A DNA stretch of 64,000 nt from a virus (Duplodnaviria; Heunggongvirae; Uroviricota; Caudoviricetes). How positions within the stretch are numbered: the stretch's first letter is position 1; every line of letters begins with the position of its first letter. Positions 21,466 through 31,709 of this stretch are shown in pieces. Below the pieces are notes generated by a model that saw only the letters and a list, made by a program, of their open reading frames with translations, was not told the origin of the DNA and did not search any database. Location of the stretch: the IMG/VR virus record IMGVR_UViG_3300018475_000095; one strand, written 5' to 3'. Both the position numbers and the translations under genes were made by a program.

Positions 21466-22692
21466 TTACTCTGCTACTTCTACTGTGCTATCTGTTATAT
21501 TTAATGTTATATCAAAATTTTCTATTGCTTCAACACAATATAATGTAACAACAACTTTTAAAGTAGCTTTCATATTTGATTTAACTCTTTTTATTGAGTA
21601 ATCAGTTAAACCATTTCCTGATACCATTTTATCTAATAATGGAGTAACTTTAGATTTAAAATCTAACCATAATTGCATACTATCTGTTTCAAACATCAAT
21701 TCTTTTGCTGCTGTGTATAATGTTTTCTTTACATCACAAGCAAGCATTCTTATATTTAAGAAAGAACTTGCTACTAAATCATCTTTATCATTTTTATGTA
21801 AAGTTCTATTACCCCAAATACAATAACCATATGGATTTATATATGTTATAGGTACAATTGAAATACCTTTTATTGTTTGAACTGTATCTGCTTCACTACC
21901 TGTAACGGCAACTCTTAATTGTTTTAAATTGTTTATATAACCTCTATTTACACCAGCAATAGCATACCAATTAGGGTAATTAACAGTTGATTTAGCTAAA
22001 CAAGTTAAATATGCAAAAGAGCCAGGTAATTCTATATCTTCATAATTCTTAGTACTGTAAGTACCCCAAGGTGCAATTATTGTGCCATATTTAAGAGTAG
22101 ATTCTTTTGTATCTTCTTTATCTCCACTAATTGTGATTGTGTAGTTATTTTCTAAATCAGTATCTGATATATTAGTAAGTTCTGTTTGAATTTGTGAAAG
22201 TGTCTTTTCTTTATCAACATCTACTAAAGCAATACAATCTCCTCTAGTTGCAGCAATATTTAATATCTTTTTAAATGTTGTGTCATTTATAGTAACTGAA
22301 TAAGTACCTGTTGTTATAAATTTAATGTTGTATGCATTTTTATCAGTTAATTTATCTAACCATATACCTAAACCAGTTAAGATAGTTTGATTAACTTTAT
22401 CATAAGATAGAGGTTGCGTGTCTGTATCGATTACTCTCTCAAAATATACTGGTACACCAGCAGATATCAATTCAGCTGCATATTTAAAAGAAGTATCTTC
22501 TATACCATCTGCATCATTTGTTAAAGTTACTGGGCCACCAAATTTTTCTTTAAAATCATCAATATTGGTAAATCTTGTAGGGTTATGTAAATCACCTTTA
22601 GTTGAAAGTCCTGGAACATATACAGCATTTTCAGTTATATCTATTGTAGCTACATCTGATAAATCTTGTTCTCGTATAACAATATTTGGCAT
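21466..22692 (-). CDS. Tail sheath protein
   Basis: WYAIAGVNRG, IWGNRTL, FLNIRML motifs of contractile sheath C-terminal domain. Confidence 0.9.
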   Translation of the reverse strand: MPNIVIREQDLSDVATIDITENAVYVPGLSTKGDLHNPTRFTNIDDFKEKFGGPVTLTNDADGIEDTSFKYAAELISAGVPVYFERVIDTDTQPLSYDKVNQTILTGLGIWLDKLTDKNAYNIKFITTGTYSVTINDTTFKKILNIAATRGDCIALVDVDKEKTLSQIQTELTNISDTDLENNYTITISGDKEDTKESTLKYGTIIAPWGTYSTKNYEDIELPGSFAYLTCLAKSTVNYPNWYAIAGVNRGYINNLKQLRVAVTGSEADTVQTIKGISIVPITYINPYGYCIWGNRTLHKNDKDDLVASSFLNIRMLACDVKKTLYTAAKELMFETDSMQLWLDFKSKVTPLLDKMVSGNGLTDYSIKRVKSNMKATLKVVVTLYCVEAIENFDITLNITDSTVEVAE

Positions 22693-22711
22693 TTTAAAAT
22701 TTTCTCCTTAA

Positions 22712-23353
22712 TTATTTTCTTATATCTATAGAACCTGATGCAAGCTCTTCTTCAACATCTAGAACTAATTTAACTTCTATGCCTGTATCAATCTTCCAAT
22801 TATCCATTGTCTTATAATCATATAAATAAGCATCTTGTAAAGTGAAATTTATTGTTCTTCGCCTAAATTGGTCATGTATTAATCTTTCACTTATATCTGA
22901 GTTATCTTGAATATCTGGCTGGATGTTTAGATAACTCCTGCTTATTATATTACAACTTTTATAAGGAATTTCTATTTCTAACTTATTGTAATTTATTATG
23001 TTAAATATAAAATTCCTAACATATTCTTCTACTTCTTCTTCATACCTAGCATATATATCTAATTGATAGCTTATTGTTATAGGTATTGCATTTAATTGAT
23101 TTGTCCTATCTATATTTCCTTCTCTTTTTGACCCATCGAATGTTAAAGGTCTTTTGGAAGTAGAAGTAATTGTTACTGGTGAATTTCTACTTAATGAAAC
23201 TAATGGTAATTGAATAGGTTGGTCATTATTTATATCTGCTCTATATCTAAATAAGGTATTAGTCTCATCAACTCCTAATATTGTTAAGGAATCATCTTTA
23301 ATCCATCTTTTAAATTTAGATAAGAGTGCTTTATCATATAAAGTAACACTCAT
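22712..23353 (-). CDS. Tail completion/terminator protein
   Basis: LPLVSLSR, IPITISYQLDIYAR; directly upstream of sheath. Confidence 0.6.
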   Translation of the reverse strand: MSVTLYDKALLSKFKRWIKDDSLTILGVDETNTLFRYRADINNDQPIQLPLVSLSRNSPVTITSTSKRPLTFDGSKREGNIDRTNQLNAIPITISYQLDIYARYEEEVEEYVRNFIFNIINYNKLEIEIPYKSCNIISRSYLNIQPDIQDNSDISERLIHDQFRRRTINFTLQDAYLYDYKTMDNWKIDTGIEVKLVLDVEEELASGSIDIRK

Positions 23354-23787
23354 TATTCAACTCCTAATTTATATTTATTAAAATAAGTATCTATATTATC
23401 TGCTATATCTTGCATTATTTTGGTTAATAAACCATATTTATTAACACTTAAATTTCCATATTCTAATAATTTTAGCAAGGAAATTAATAAAGAATTTGAA
23501 TCTGGTACATTTATATTTCTATTAACAATTATATTAAATATATCTTCATCTAATTCTTCTATAATAAGATTATAAACAGCAGTTAAATAAATATCCCTTA
23601 CTTTGATATATTTATCTCTTAATATGAAATCAATAATTTTATTACTATTGATGTAATTTTCTAATTTATATACTTTTCTCTCATCAAATTGATTTAAAAC
23701 TTCTTTTTGTATCTGTTTAATTATATAATTAACAAAAGGTACTCTATCTTTAGATTCTACATTTTCTAGATCTAATTCTAGATTCAT
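23353..23787 (-). CDS. Hypothetical protein
   Basis: 144 aa ORF coupled to neighbours by overlapping stop/start. Confidence 0.5.
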   Translation of the reverse strand: MNLELDLENVESKDRVPFVNYIIKQIQKEVLNQFDERKVYKLENYINSNKIIDFILRDKYIKVRDIYLTAVYNLIIEELDEDIFNIIVNRNINVPDSNSLLISLLKLLEYGNLSVNKYGLLTKIMQDIADNIDTYFNKYKLGVE

Positions 23788-24581
23788 TAACTTCTGCTCC
23801 TCAATACATTAGTCATTAATTCTTCTGCTGTATCGCCTTCCTTATAATATTGATTTACTAATGCTGTAGCATCTGTTCTCTTTATACCCATATTTATTAA
23901 ACCATCTGCTATATCATTCTTTATTTGTTCATCAGCAGTATTTATAATTTCAGAAGTTTTAGTATCAACCTCATCATCAGTCATCTTAGGATTATTATCT
24001 TTAAATACTTGTTTTAATCTATTGGAACTTGATTTAGATTTGTACCGAGGTAAATCTAGCTCTTTTGTTTGCCAATTTCTTAAAACATCTTTTATTTGCT
24101 CTGCACTTAATAACTTGCCATCTTTATAAAAATTAGTTATCTTTAAATCTTTATCAGAAAATTTATTTACACCATCTTCTTTTTGTAAATCTGGATTTGA
24201 TGCTAATGTCAATGCTTTTATAGTGTAGTCAATGTCATACTCTGGTCTATTATATAAATCACTTGAATACAACCATTTTTGAACTTTAGAATCTTTTAAA
24301 TTTAATTTATTTTTATCTACAAGTTCTTTTATTAAACTAACTATATTTTTAGGTGCATCAAAATAAATATTTCTTATAAAAGGTATAAACTTATTAGTTA
24401 AATCATTATGTCCATTTTCTAAAATACTATCTATATAAATATCTTTTGCTTTCTTTAAATGTTGAGCATTAGGCAATGAATTTAGAAAATTATTTATATA
24501 ATCAAAACGCTGCCTTCTATCTCTTATTTTATCATACTCATTTGGAGAATCAAATATAGATTTCTCTATTAAAAATCTCAT
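23787..24581 (-). CDS. Hypothetical protein with RuvA C-terminal-like three-helix tail
   Basis: Start MRFLIE at 24581 after AGGAG; C-terminus ADGLINMGIKRTDATALVNQYYKEGDTAEELMTNVLR. Confidence 0.45.
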   Translation of the reverse strand: MRFLIEKSIFDSPNEYDKIRDRRQRFDYINNFLNSLPNAQHLKKAKDIYIDSILENGHNDLTNKFIPFIRNIYFDAPKNIVSLIKELVDKNKLNLKDSKVQKWLYSSDLYNRPEYDIDYTIKALTLASNPDLQKEDGVNKFSDKDLKITNFYKDGKLLSAEQIKDVLRNWQTKELDLPRYKSKSSSNRLKQVFKDNNPKMTDDEVDTKTSEIINTADEQIKNDIADGLINMGIKRTDATALVNQYYKEGDTAEELMTNVLRSRS

Positions 24582-24582
24582 T

Positions 24583-25080
24583 CTACTCCTCCTCATTAAG
24601 TAAGTTAAAACTACTATGCTTATAATTAAATTGACTACTTGAAAATGTGTTTTCAAATTCTGGAACTAATCTGCATGTTATAGAAGCTGGATATATTTGT
24701 ATAGTAGACATTTGTGTTACTCTAAATAATCTACCACTAGCACAATCTATACCACTTGGTATTATAAATAAAGCACCTGCTTGTATCCCTTCTAAATCAT
24801 AAGGAACACTTATAATAGCTTCACCTTCAACTAATTCAGCATCCCAACCTAATTTTTTCATCGTCTTCTGGTCTATATGCTCTTCAAAAATACAATCAAC
24901 TACTTCTGGTTTTTGATAATTGCTTTCTATCTCTGTATAGATAGTCCAATGTTTACCAGGTTGTGGAGCTCTATATACTACCTTTATTCCGATTAAACCA
25001 CACATTTCTTTAAAATATGTTCTATGAATTTTTATATTATTATTGAGAAGAAGTCCATATTTTTCGTTTTCACTAATCAT
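24583..25080 (-). CDS. Head closure/neck protein (gp14-like)
   Basis: FKEM..LIGIKVVYRAP, KKLGWDAE, GALFIIPSG; start MISENEK after GAGGAG. Confidence 0.55.
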   Translation of the reverse strand: MISENEKYGLLLNNNIKIHRTYFKEMCGLIGIKVVYRAPQPGKHWTIYTEIESNYQKPEVVDCIFEEHIDQKTMKKLGWDAELVEGEAIISVPYDLEGIQAGALFIIPSGIDCASGRLFRVTQMSTIQIYPASITCRLVPEFENTFSSSQFNYKHSSFNLLNEEE

Positions 25081-25900
25081 TGAACTCCTCCTCATCTTCT
25101 ATTTCAATTTCTTCCTGACCTTGTAATTGTTGTTTAGGAGCAAATCTAACACCTTGTTTATTATCTTTTTGGAATCTACTTCTTTCAATAGCTGCTTTAT
25201 TTGCAATATCTATATCTTGTTGTTCTGTTCCTAATTCATCTTCTTCAGTATCAAACATACTTGCTTGAGTAGGTTCTTCATATTTTTTATTATATATTGC
25301 TGGATATATGATTCTTTGATAAAGTCTTGGTTGTGATTTTTCCATATATTTGACATAATTTACAATCACACTTGCAACTTTAATAATCCAACTTGAATTA
25401 CCTAATACTAATAAAACATGCTTACAAGCTGCTCCTAATTTATTATCAGGATTTGTTATATTTGCTGGACGAAGTTCTGGTTCACCATCATTGTATTTAT
25501 CTACTGTTGCCCAATAATTAAATCTATACTTGAAATCTGGGCAACTGCAATGTAAATAAACATCACCTCTATTAAAAGCTACTGTTAATGTTTTTATAAC
25601 AACTCTAAGATTTAAGTCTTCATTATTATTTCTCATCAACTCTTTTAAAGTATCTATAAAATGACCATAAGAAATTTTAACAATATAGTTATCAGTTTCA
25701 CCTTTAACTTCTATTCCAACTGTTAAGATACCTTCTTTAAATAAGGTATTCATATCTATTCTATTGTATGAACGATTACTTGAGGAGATTTTAGACTTTA
25801 ATCTTTTTTCATATCTAGTCTTTCCATCTCCCTTTTCTCGCTCACCTCTTTTAGATTGGGATATAAGTTCATTTCTTGATTTTTCTAATAAAATACTCAA
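25073..25900 (-). CDS. SWIM zinc-finger protein
   Basis: CSCPDF...CKHV SWIM signature; TTG start after AAGGAG; acidic tail. Confidence 0.6.
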   Translation of the reverse strand: MSILLEKSRNELISQSKRGEREKGDGKTRYEKRLKSKISSSNRSYNRIDMNTLFKEGILTVGIEVKGETDNYIVKISYGHFIDTLKELMRNNNEDLNLRVVIKTLTVAFNRGDVYLHCSCPDFKYRFNYWATVDKYNDGEPELRPANITNPDNKLGAACKHVLLVLGNSSWIIKVASVIVNYVKYMEKSQPRLYQRIIYPAIYNKKYEEPTQASMFDTEEDELGTEQQDIDIANKAAIERSRFQKDNKQGVRFAPKQQLQGQEEIEIEDEEEFND

Positions 25901-25923
25901 ACCTATATCCTCCTTATTTTCTA

Positions 25924-27174
25924 TTATCTAGAAACTCTTCCATATAATCTTTGAGATTTATTTGTTGAAGCATCTTTACCTCTATAATTATATGTTAAAG
26001 ATTCCATCATTAATTTATTTCCTTGTTTACTTCCTGTTAAAGTAAATGATTTTTTACCTTTAGCAAATTGTTTATTTTCACCTAAAAATTTCAATTTACC
26101 TGTTTTAGATATTGTATGAGCTTCAAATATGAAATTTGTTTTTGCTTCTTTTCCTGATTTAAAAGTAATTAAACCTTCTAATTTAAGTTTATTACCTTTT
26201 AAAGATCCTTGAGTTGTTTTAAATGATTTTACATTTTCATAAACTCTCTTTAAATATTTTTCTCCAAGAGCATCGAAATCAGATTCTTCAAATTCATCAA
26301 AATCTACTTCTTCAAAATCTTCTTCACCTTCAACTTCAAATTTTTCTTCTGTTTCTGGCTCTACTGGGGCGATAACTTCTTCTGTTTCTTCAACCTCTAC
26401 AGTTTCTTTTGGTTCTGTTGTAACAACTACTTTACCATTTTCATCTTGTTCCATTGTAACTCTATCTGATTCTGTTTCAATGTCTACTTTTTCAACTTCT
26501 TCATTTACAGATTCAAATTTACCCGCTGCTACTTCATAATCACCATGATCATCTTTTACAATTTGGAAACCAGCTTTCTTAACTAATCTATTAGTTCTTC
26601 CAGATATTCTACCATATTTTTTCATATCATAATCTACCCATTTTTGAGCATCTTCTATAGATACAGCTTCTGGTTTATCATCTTCTTTCAATGAAGACAT
26701 TTTTCTCATACCTTTTCTTGTTTTAATAGATTCATCTATCTCTTCTTCTGATTCTATCTCAACTTCTTTTTCTTCAATATCAGCATGTTCTTCATCTTCA
26801 TGGTCACAATGTGGACAATATTCTGCTACTTGACCAATAACTTTAAACCCTTCATTTGATTGACAATAAGGGCAAGCTTCTTCAAGATTTGCTAATTGAA
26901 CTTCTTCGTCAATAACAACTTCTTCTGGATCTTTATAAAGTTTTGAGTGACAAACTTCACAATCTAAAATTGCTTTGCCTAAATAAGAATCTTTTAATTC
27001 TTCTTCTGTTTGTGCTAATGGGTCAATTATATCTTCAAATTCTTCTATTTCGTTTGCTTTAGCAAAATCGCTTGCTTGTTCTATTCCAGCATCTGTGATT
27101 TCAAAAACATCTTCATTAAGTTCTAAGTCTTTTAATGCTTGGAAAGCTTCTGTTAAATAATTTTTTTCTTTCAT
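25924..27174 (-). CDS. Acidic, zinc-ribbon-containing putative head protein
   Basis: CEVC, CPYC and CPHC motifs; very Glu-rich; within head operon. Confidence 0.45.
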   Translation of the reverse strand: MKEKNYLTEAFQALKDLELNEDVFEITDAGIEQASDFAKANEIEEFEDIIDPLAQTEEELKDSYLGKAILDCEVCHSKLYKDPEEVVIDEEVQLANLEEACPYCQSNEGFKVIGQVAEYCPHCDHEDEEHADIEEKEVEIESEEEIDESIKTRKGMRKMSSLKEDDKPEAVSIEDAQKWVDYDMKKYGRISGRTNRLVKKAGFQIVKDDHGDYEVAAGKFESVNEEVEKVDIETESDRVTMEQDENGKVVVTTEPKETVEVEETEEVIAPVEPETEEKFEVEGEEDFEEVDFDEFEESDFDALGEKYLKRVYENVKSFKTTQGSLKGNKLKLEGLITFKSGKEAKTNFIFEAHTISKTGKLKFLGENKQFAKGKKSFTLTGSKQGNKLMMESLTYNYRGKDASTNKSQRLYGRVSR

Positions 27175-27230
27175 TTAACTACTTTTCTCCTTAAAAGTAT
27201 TTTCTTTCATATCATCTAAATATCTAAGTA

Positions 27231-27938
27231 TTAATCTAATGGGTGCATTAGATTTGAATTATTGACTAATTCTTCTCTAAGAGCTGTTAATTCAGTATTA
27301 CCTTCTTCTAACATCTGCTCACCATCCATAGTCCATAATGCATTTGATTGAGTATATCTTGTTCTAATTCTACCTAATGCAATCTTTCCTTGAGCAACTG
27401 ATAGTCTACATAATTTATCAATCCAATAATCAGATACAATTTCATTTACATCATCATATCTAGGTACATATTCTATTGTTATTTGCTCTGGATTATCAAA
27501 AGCACAGTTGATATATAAAAAGTTTTTTGATTTATCATAATGAAAATCTAAATCAGTTGAGATTGTATTTCTAATTTGCATTGCTGTATTCCAAGCTGCA
27601 AAATTATAAGCAAAATCTGGACTATAATACCCATTTCCTGCTCCACTTAACATCTGCCATTGAGCCATGTACATTGGGTCTTGACCGCCAGATGTTTGTG
27701 CAGCACTACCATATCCTTTAGTCCTATATACTCTATAGACTGAACTTACCTTCTGGTCAGATAAATCAATACATCTATGATAAGGGATAGTTGCTAATTT
27801 AGTGGTATTTATATATCTTTGAATTTCTCTTAAAGAAATATTTATTAATTGTTTTAAGGCTTCATCATCTAATTCTAAATCTAAAAGTCCACCAGATAAT
27901 TGAAATTTTAAGTTATCTACATAACCTTGCATATCCAT
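27231..27938 (-). CDS. Neck/head-tail adaptor (gp13-like)
   Basis: LDLELDDEAL..., KIALGRIRTRY...MDGEQMLEEG..EL..LREEL pattern. Confidence 0.7.
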   Translation of the reverse strand: MDMQGYVDNLKFQLSGGLLDLELDDEALKQLINISLREIQRYINTTKLATIPYHRCIDLSDQKVSSVYRVYRTKGYGSAAQTSGGQDPMYMAQWQMLSGAGNGYYSPDFAYNFAAWNTAMQIRNTISTDLDFHYDKSKNFLYINCAFDNPEQITIEYVPRYDDVNEIVSDYWIDKLCRLSVAQGKIALGRIRTRYTQSNALWTMDGEQMLEEGNTELTALREELVNNSNLMHPLD

Positions 27939-27966
27939 TAAATGATTAAAACCTCCTTATATTATT

Positions 27967-28028
27967 TCAAGATAATTGGATTTGAACCAATATCTCAATC
28001 ATTGTGTTTTACCTTAAACTATATCTTC
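27967..28028 (-). ncRNA. tRNA-like element lacking the anticodon loop
   Basis: GAAGATA/TATCTTG acceptor stem (6 of 7 pairs), T8A9, D arm GTTT-AAGGTA-AAAC, T arm ATTGG-TTCAAAT-CCAAT; only CAATGATTG where a 17-nt anticodon arm belongs; no encoded CCA. Confidence 0.7.
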
Positions 28029-28042
28029 AAAAAGATAAGACT

Positions 28043-28069
28043 GGCTGATTGGAGGTAAATCAACCAGCC
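28043..28069 (-). terminator. Terminator-like hairpin after decoration gene
   Basis: GGCTGGTTG/CAATCAGCC stem (one G-U) followed by TCTTATCTTTTT. Confidence 0.6.
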
Positions 28070-28095
28070 TCACTTTATTTTTTATTTTTTAAAAT

Positions 28096-28533
28096 TTATG
28101 GAGTTACTACTATTTCTTCTTGAGTAACTTCTAAACCTTCAGTTGCTTGTGCTAAGTAATATAATACTTGACCAACATTTGTAGCTGTTAATTGAACTTC
28201 ATCCCCAGCTGCTATATCATATTGGAAATTTTCTCTATAAGGAATAAATCCAATTATTTTTGCTGAAGTGTTATTTAATGTAATTAATGCTGGAGTATTT
28301 AATTTAATAGTTGTATCATCTTCTGTGTAAGTTTCTACTACTGTAACTTCTAAGCCTGTTGTAGCTTGATTTAAATAATATAATACTTGACCTGATGTTT
28401 TAACTTCAAATTCTAATGCTTGACCAGCTGCTAATTTAGTTGTAAAGTTTTCTTTATAAGCTTGAAATGTTTTAGCAAATTCTGAAGTGTTAGCAATTCT
28501 TATAATTGCTGGAGCTGTAACTATCATTTCCAT
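28096..28533 (-). CDS. Probable capsid decoration protein with internal duplication
   Basis: Two similar halves (GQVLYYLNQATTGLEVT / GQVLYYLAQATEGLEVT); directly after major capsid gene. Confidence 0.55.
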   Translation of the reverse strand: MEMIVTAPAIIRIANTSEFAKTFQAYKENFTTKLAAGQALEFEVKTSGQVLYYLNQATTGLEVTVVETYTEDDTTIKLNTPALITLNNTSAKIIGFIPYRENFQYDIAAGDEVQLTATNVGQVLYYLAQATEGLEVTQEEIVVTP

Positions 28534-28568
28534 TCTCTCTTTCTCTCCTTAATTTTATATAAGTTTTT

Positions 28569-28596
28569 GATTAGCTAGTTTTTAAACTAGCTAATC
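28569..28596. terminator. 13-bp inverted repeat downstream of major capsid gene
   Basis: GATTAGCTAGTTT-TT-AAACTAGCTAATC. Confidence 0.55.
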
Positions 28597-28620
28597 TTAT
28601 CTTATATTTATATACAGTAA

Positions 28621-29928
28621 TTAGGCAGTAACTCTACCTGAAACTAATAGATCTTTGTTAAGAAGTCTTAAGTCATACATTGTAGAGAAGCCTTGGCTCA
28701 TACCACCATCAGCATATCCTAATAATTGAGTTGGGATAACTGGCATATATGGAGCATAAACTGCTGCTGATGTTTCTAAATCTGAACCATTAACACCAAG
28801 AACAAATTTACCTGGTTCGATGTTTGGAGTAACATATACTTTTAATCCATCTAATGTACCAGCAAAGTAAGGACCATTAACTGTTGATGCTGGTGCTGCT
28901 GAGAATGCTTTAACCATAGATAAGATAGGTAAGATGTTTGAAGCTACTAACATATAGTTAGGTGCAAATCTTTTTGTTCTATCATAGATTTTTTGTTTAG
29001 CAATTGCAACTATTTCAGTAAATCCTTCATAGTGTTCCATTTTGCTTACGCCAATTGGTAATGTTTTAGACCATACTAAATCACCATCTGCATCTGCATT
29101 GTTGATTAATAAGTCTGTAACTTCTGTATCGATTTCATAATTTAATTGTCCAACAGCTTTTTGAGCTAATTGATCACCAAGATCGAAACCATAATCTTGT
29201 TTTGCTTGGTAGTTAGCGATTTGTGAGTAGTAAATAGCAATTCTTCTTGCTTTAGCTGCTAAAGCGATGCTTTCCATTCTAGCATTTAAAATTGGTAAAT
29301 CGTTTTGTGGGATTACAACGTTATCATAAACATATCTAACTTTGAATTCTGCATCTTGTTGAACTCCATCACCTGCTAATGTAACAGCACCTGTTTTAGC
29401 ATCGTCAACTGTGATTGTAACACCTGCTGCACCAACTACTTCTGGTTTAACTGTTTCTGTATTAACAACTGGGAACCAAGCTAATGTTGCTTTTCCTTGT
29501 GCATCTACTTTAACTGTTTCAACTACTCTTTCTGATGTATAATTAACATCTACTTTACCAAGTCTGAATGGATCGTTGAATACTTGACCTTGAGTTGTTT
29601 CACCTTTATTTGAACCAGCTGTGTATTGAACATAAGTGATATATCCAGTCATACTTGACATTGGTTGTACCATAACTAAATCAAATGCGATTAAATCTGG
29701 TAATGCTACTGTAACTAAGTTTAATGTAAATTTCTTGAAATCTCCTAAGTTAGCTCTTTGAGTACCTACTGAGTTTTCAAAAGCTTCGTTCATGAATTTT
29801 GATGTGTTTTCTAAACATTTTGCAATAACTAATTTTTTATGTTGAGGCATAGCTTCACTGTGTGATTTGCTATAAACACTTTCTGAAATTGCAAGTCTTT
29901 TAGAATAAGCTTCTAATAATGTTGCCAT
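28621..29928 (-). CDS. Major capsid protein (T4 gp23-like)
   Basis: LIAFDLVMVQPMSSMTG, EIDTEV, GSDLETSAAVYAPY motifs. Confidence 0.9.
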   Translation of the reverse strand: MATLLEAYSKRLAISESVYSKSHSEAMPQHKKLVIAKCLENTSKFMNEAFENSVGTQRANLGDFKKFTLNLVTVALPDLIAFDLVMVQPMSSMTGYITYVQYTAGSNKGETTQGQVFNDPFRLGKVDVNYTSERVVETVKVDAQGKATLAWFPVVNTETVKPEVVGAAGVTITVDDAKTGAVTLAGDGVQQDAEFKVRYVYDNVVIPQNDLPILNARMESIALAAKARRIAIYYSQIANYQAKQDYGFDLGDQLAQKAVGQLNYEIDTEVTDLLINNADADGDLVWSKTLPIGVSKMEHYEGFTEIVAIAKQKIYDRTKRFAPNYMLVASNILPILSMVKAFSAAPASTVNGPYFAGTLDGLKVYVTPNIEPGKFVLGVNGSDLETSAAVYAPYMPVIPTQLLGYADGGMSQGFSTMYDLRLLNKDLLVSGRVTA

Positions 29929-29947
29929 TTTAATTTTCTCCTATTTA

Positions 29948-31435
29948 TTATTTTAAATTTGCGAGTCTTAATAAACTATCATCTACTATATCGTTTGGAT
30001 TAGTTTTTAATAAAGGCTCTTTACTTTCTTGTATTTTTATTCTTCCTTTTTGTAAGTCTAAAGGTAAACTACTTACTGTTAAATTAAAATTACTTAAACT
30101 TTCACATATTTCATCTATATCACTAAACGAATAATTTTCTGAAAGTTTGTTTTTAATTTCATTAGCATTTATACCTAATCTTAAAGCTTGAGATTCAATA
30201 TATTTATTCACTGCAGTTTTAGCAGTTTTTCTATATTGCTCAACTAATTTATTGGCATTAGCTAATTTTGAATTATATTCATTTGTTTTAATAGTAAGAT
30301 TTTTCTTAACTTCTTCTAAGCTTTCATTTAAAGAATTTTCTCTTTCTATTGATTCTTGTTTAAAGGATTTAAATTCTTCATTCAAGTCTCTTATCATAGT
30401 TTCTTTTTCTTTTAATTTATTTGCTTGAGATGAAATTGATTCATTTAAACTAGATTGTCGATTTATATCAATTCTACGTTTTTCAACAAGTTTTTGATAT
30501 TTATCTTGTTCTTGTTTAATTATTAAATCTTTTTGATTTAATTCTTCGGTAAGTTTCTCAACTTTCCCTTGTAATGCTTTCGCATTAGTCACACTTTCAC
30601 TCAAATTTCTGACAGCATTTTTAAGTTTTACTATTTCCTCTTCATACTTGGCTTCTTTCGCATAGCAAACTGATAGCTTTTCTTGGAGTCCAGTCATGTG
30701 AGCTTCAAGTTTTCTTTGTGCAAGAAGAGACTCTTGCAAGTCTTTAACCATACTAGCTCCAGTATCTTTGGCTGCTAATTCTGATTTATCTATAACCTTT
30801 TCAGGTGTATATTCAATATTTAATTTATCGAGAGTTTCTTTCATTACAACTCTTTCATCTTCTGTTGCTCTATCTAATTGTTCACATAAAGCTTGTTTTA
30901 ATGATTTACCATTTTGTACTGATTCAACCATTTTAAGTCTTGCTGATTTAACTGCAGGTAATAAAACAATATCCCATGCCTCTAATTTATAAGTATCTTC
31001 ATCGACATGTTCACCATCCATTGCTTCATAAGTTTCGCCAGAGCCTCTAGAACTAATACCTAATTTATATCCATATTTTGCTAATGTAGCAACTATTCTT
31101 CCATTAGGTGTATCAAGAATATCTAAATAAGCTTCCAATTGACCATCTTTATTCTTTTTTGGTTTTTCAGGCATACAAACTGCAACTTGCGATAGATCTG
31201 TTTCTTCTCTATCAGAAGGGTGATTTAATTCGCCAAGCAACCCACCGCATTCAAAATATTCATTAACTATTGGATCATTGAAAACTTTTTCCCAAAGAGC
31301 ATCATCATATTTTCTACCATTACGAGTTGGATTAACAACATCAGCAACAGTGCCATATAATCTTCCTAGGATAGCTTCACCTTTTGAATTTTGTTTTACA
31401 CTATCGTCTAACTTTAATTCTTCTTTCTTAACCAT
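29948..31435 (-). CDS. Prohead protease (gp21-like) fused to coiled-coil scaffold
   Basis: NPTRNGRKY, LGELNHP, LGISSRGSG, WDIVLLPA, then a long coiled coil with repeated LxES sites. Confidence 0.9.
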   Translation of the reverse strand: MVKKEELKLDDSVKQNSKGEAILGRLYGTVADVVNPTRNGRKYDDALWEKVFNDPIVNEYFECGGLLGELNHPSDREETDLSQVAVCMPEKPKKNKDGQLEAYLDILDTPNGRIVATLAKYGYKLGISSRGSGETYEAMDGEHVDEDTYKLEAWDIVLLPAVKSARLKMVESVQNGKSLKQALCEQLDRATEDERVVMKETLDKLNIEYTPEKVIDKSELAAKDTGASMVKDLQESLLAQRKLEAHMTGLQEKLSVCYAKEAKYEEEIVKLKNAVRNLSESVTNAKALQGKVEKLTEELNQKDLIIKQEQDKYQKLVEKRRIDINRQSSLNESISSQANKLKEKETMIRDLNEEFKSFKQESIERENSLNESLEEVKKNLTIKTNEYNSKLANANKLVEQYRKTAKTAVNKYIESQALRLGINANEIKNKLSENYSFSDIDEICESLSNFNLTVSSLPLDLQKGRIKIQESKEPLLKTNPNDIVDDSLLRLANLK

Positions 31436-31468
31436 TCTGATAAATTTCCTGTAATTATTTTAGTTTTC

Positions 31469-31482
31469 TAATAAATTTAGCA
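31469..31482 (-). promoter_or_regulatory. Putative phage late promoter motif TGCTAAATTTATTA (copy 1)
   Basis: Exact 14-mer also at 51396 and 58771, each just upstream of a structural gene start. Confidence 0.55.
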
Positions 31483-31530
31483 TAAAATAATTGTATTTTA
31501 TTTTAAATAATAAATTTAACAGTATTATAA

Positions 31531-31698
31531 TTAAAAACTTGATAATTTATTATTAATATTTACTTTTATTTCTTTAGCTGTTTCTTCTTTAATTTCAGTA
31601 ACTTCTACTTTAGCTCTTTTAATTTTCTTTTCTTCTTTTTTTGCTTGTTTAGCTAATTTCTTCTCTAATTTTTTTGCAATTTTCATTTCTGTATTCAT
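31531..31698 (-). CDS. Small Lys-rich protein
   Basis: Start MNTEMK at 31698 after GGAGAG; 55 aa. Confidence 0.45.
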   Translation of the reverse strand: MNTEMKIAKKLEKKLAKQAKKEEKKIKRAKVEVTEIKEETAKEIKVNINNKLSSF

Positions 31699-31709
31699 TT
31701 TTCTCTCTC

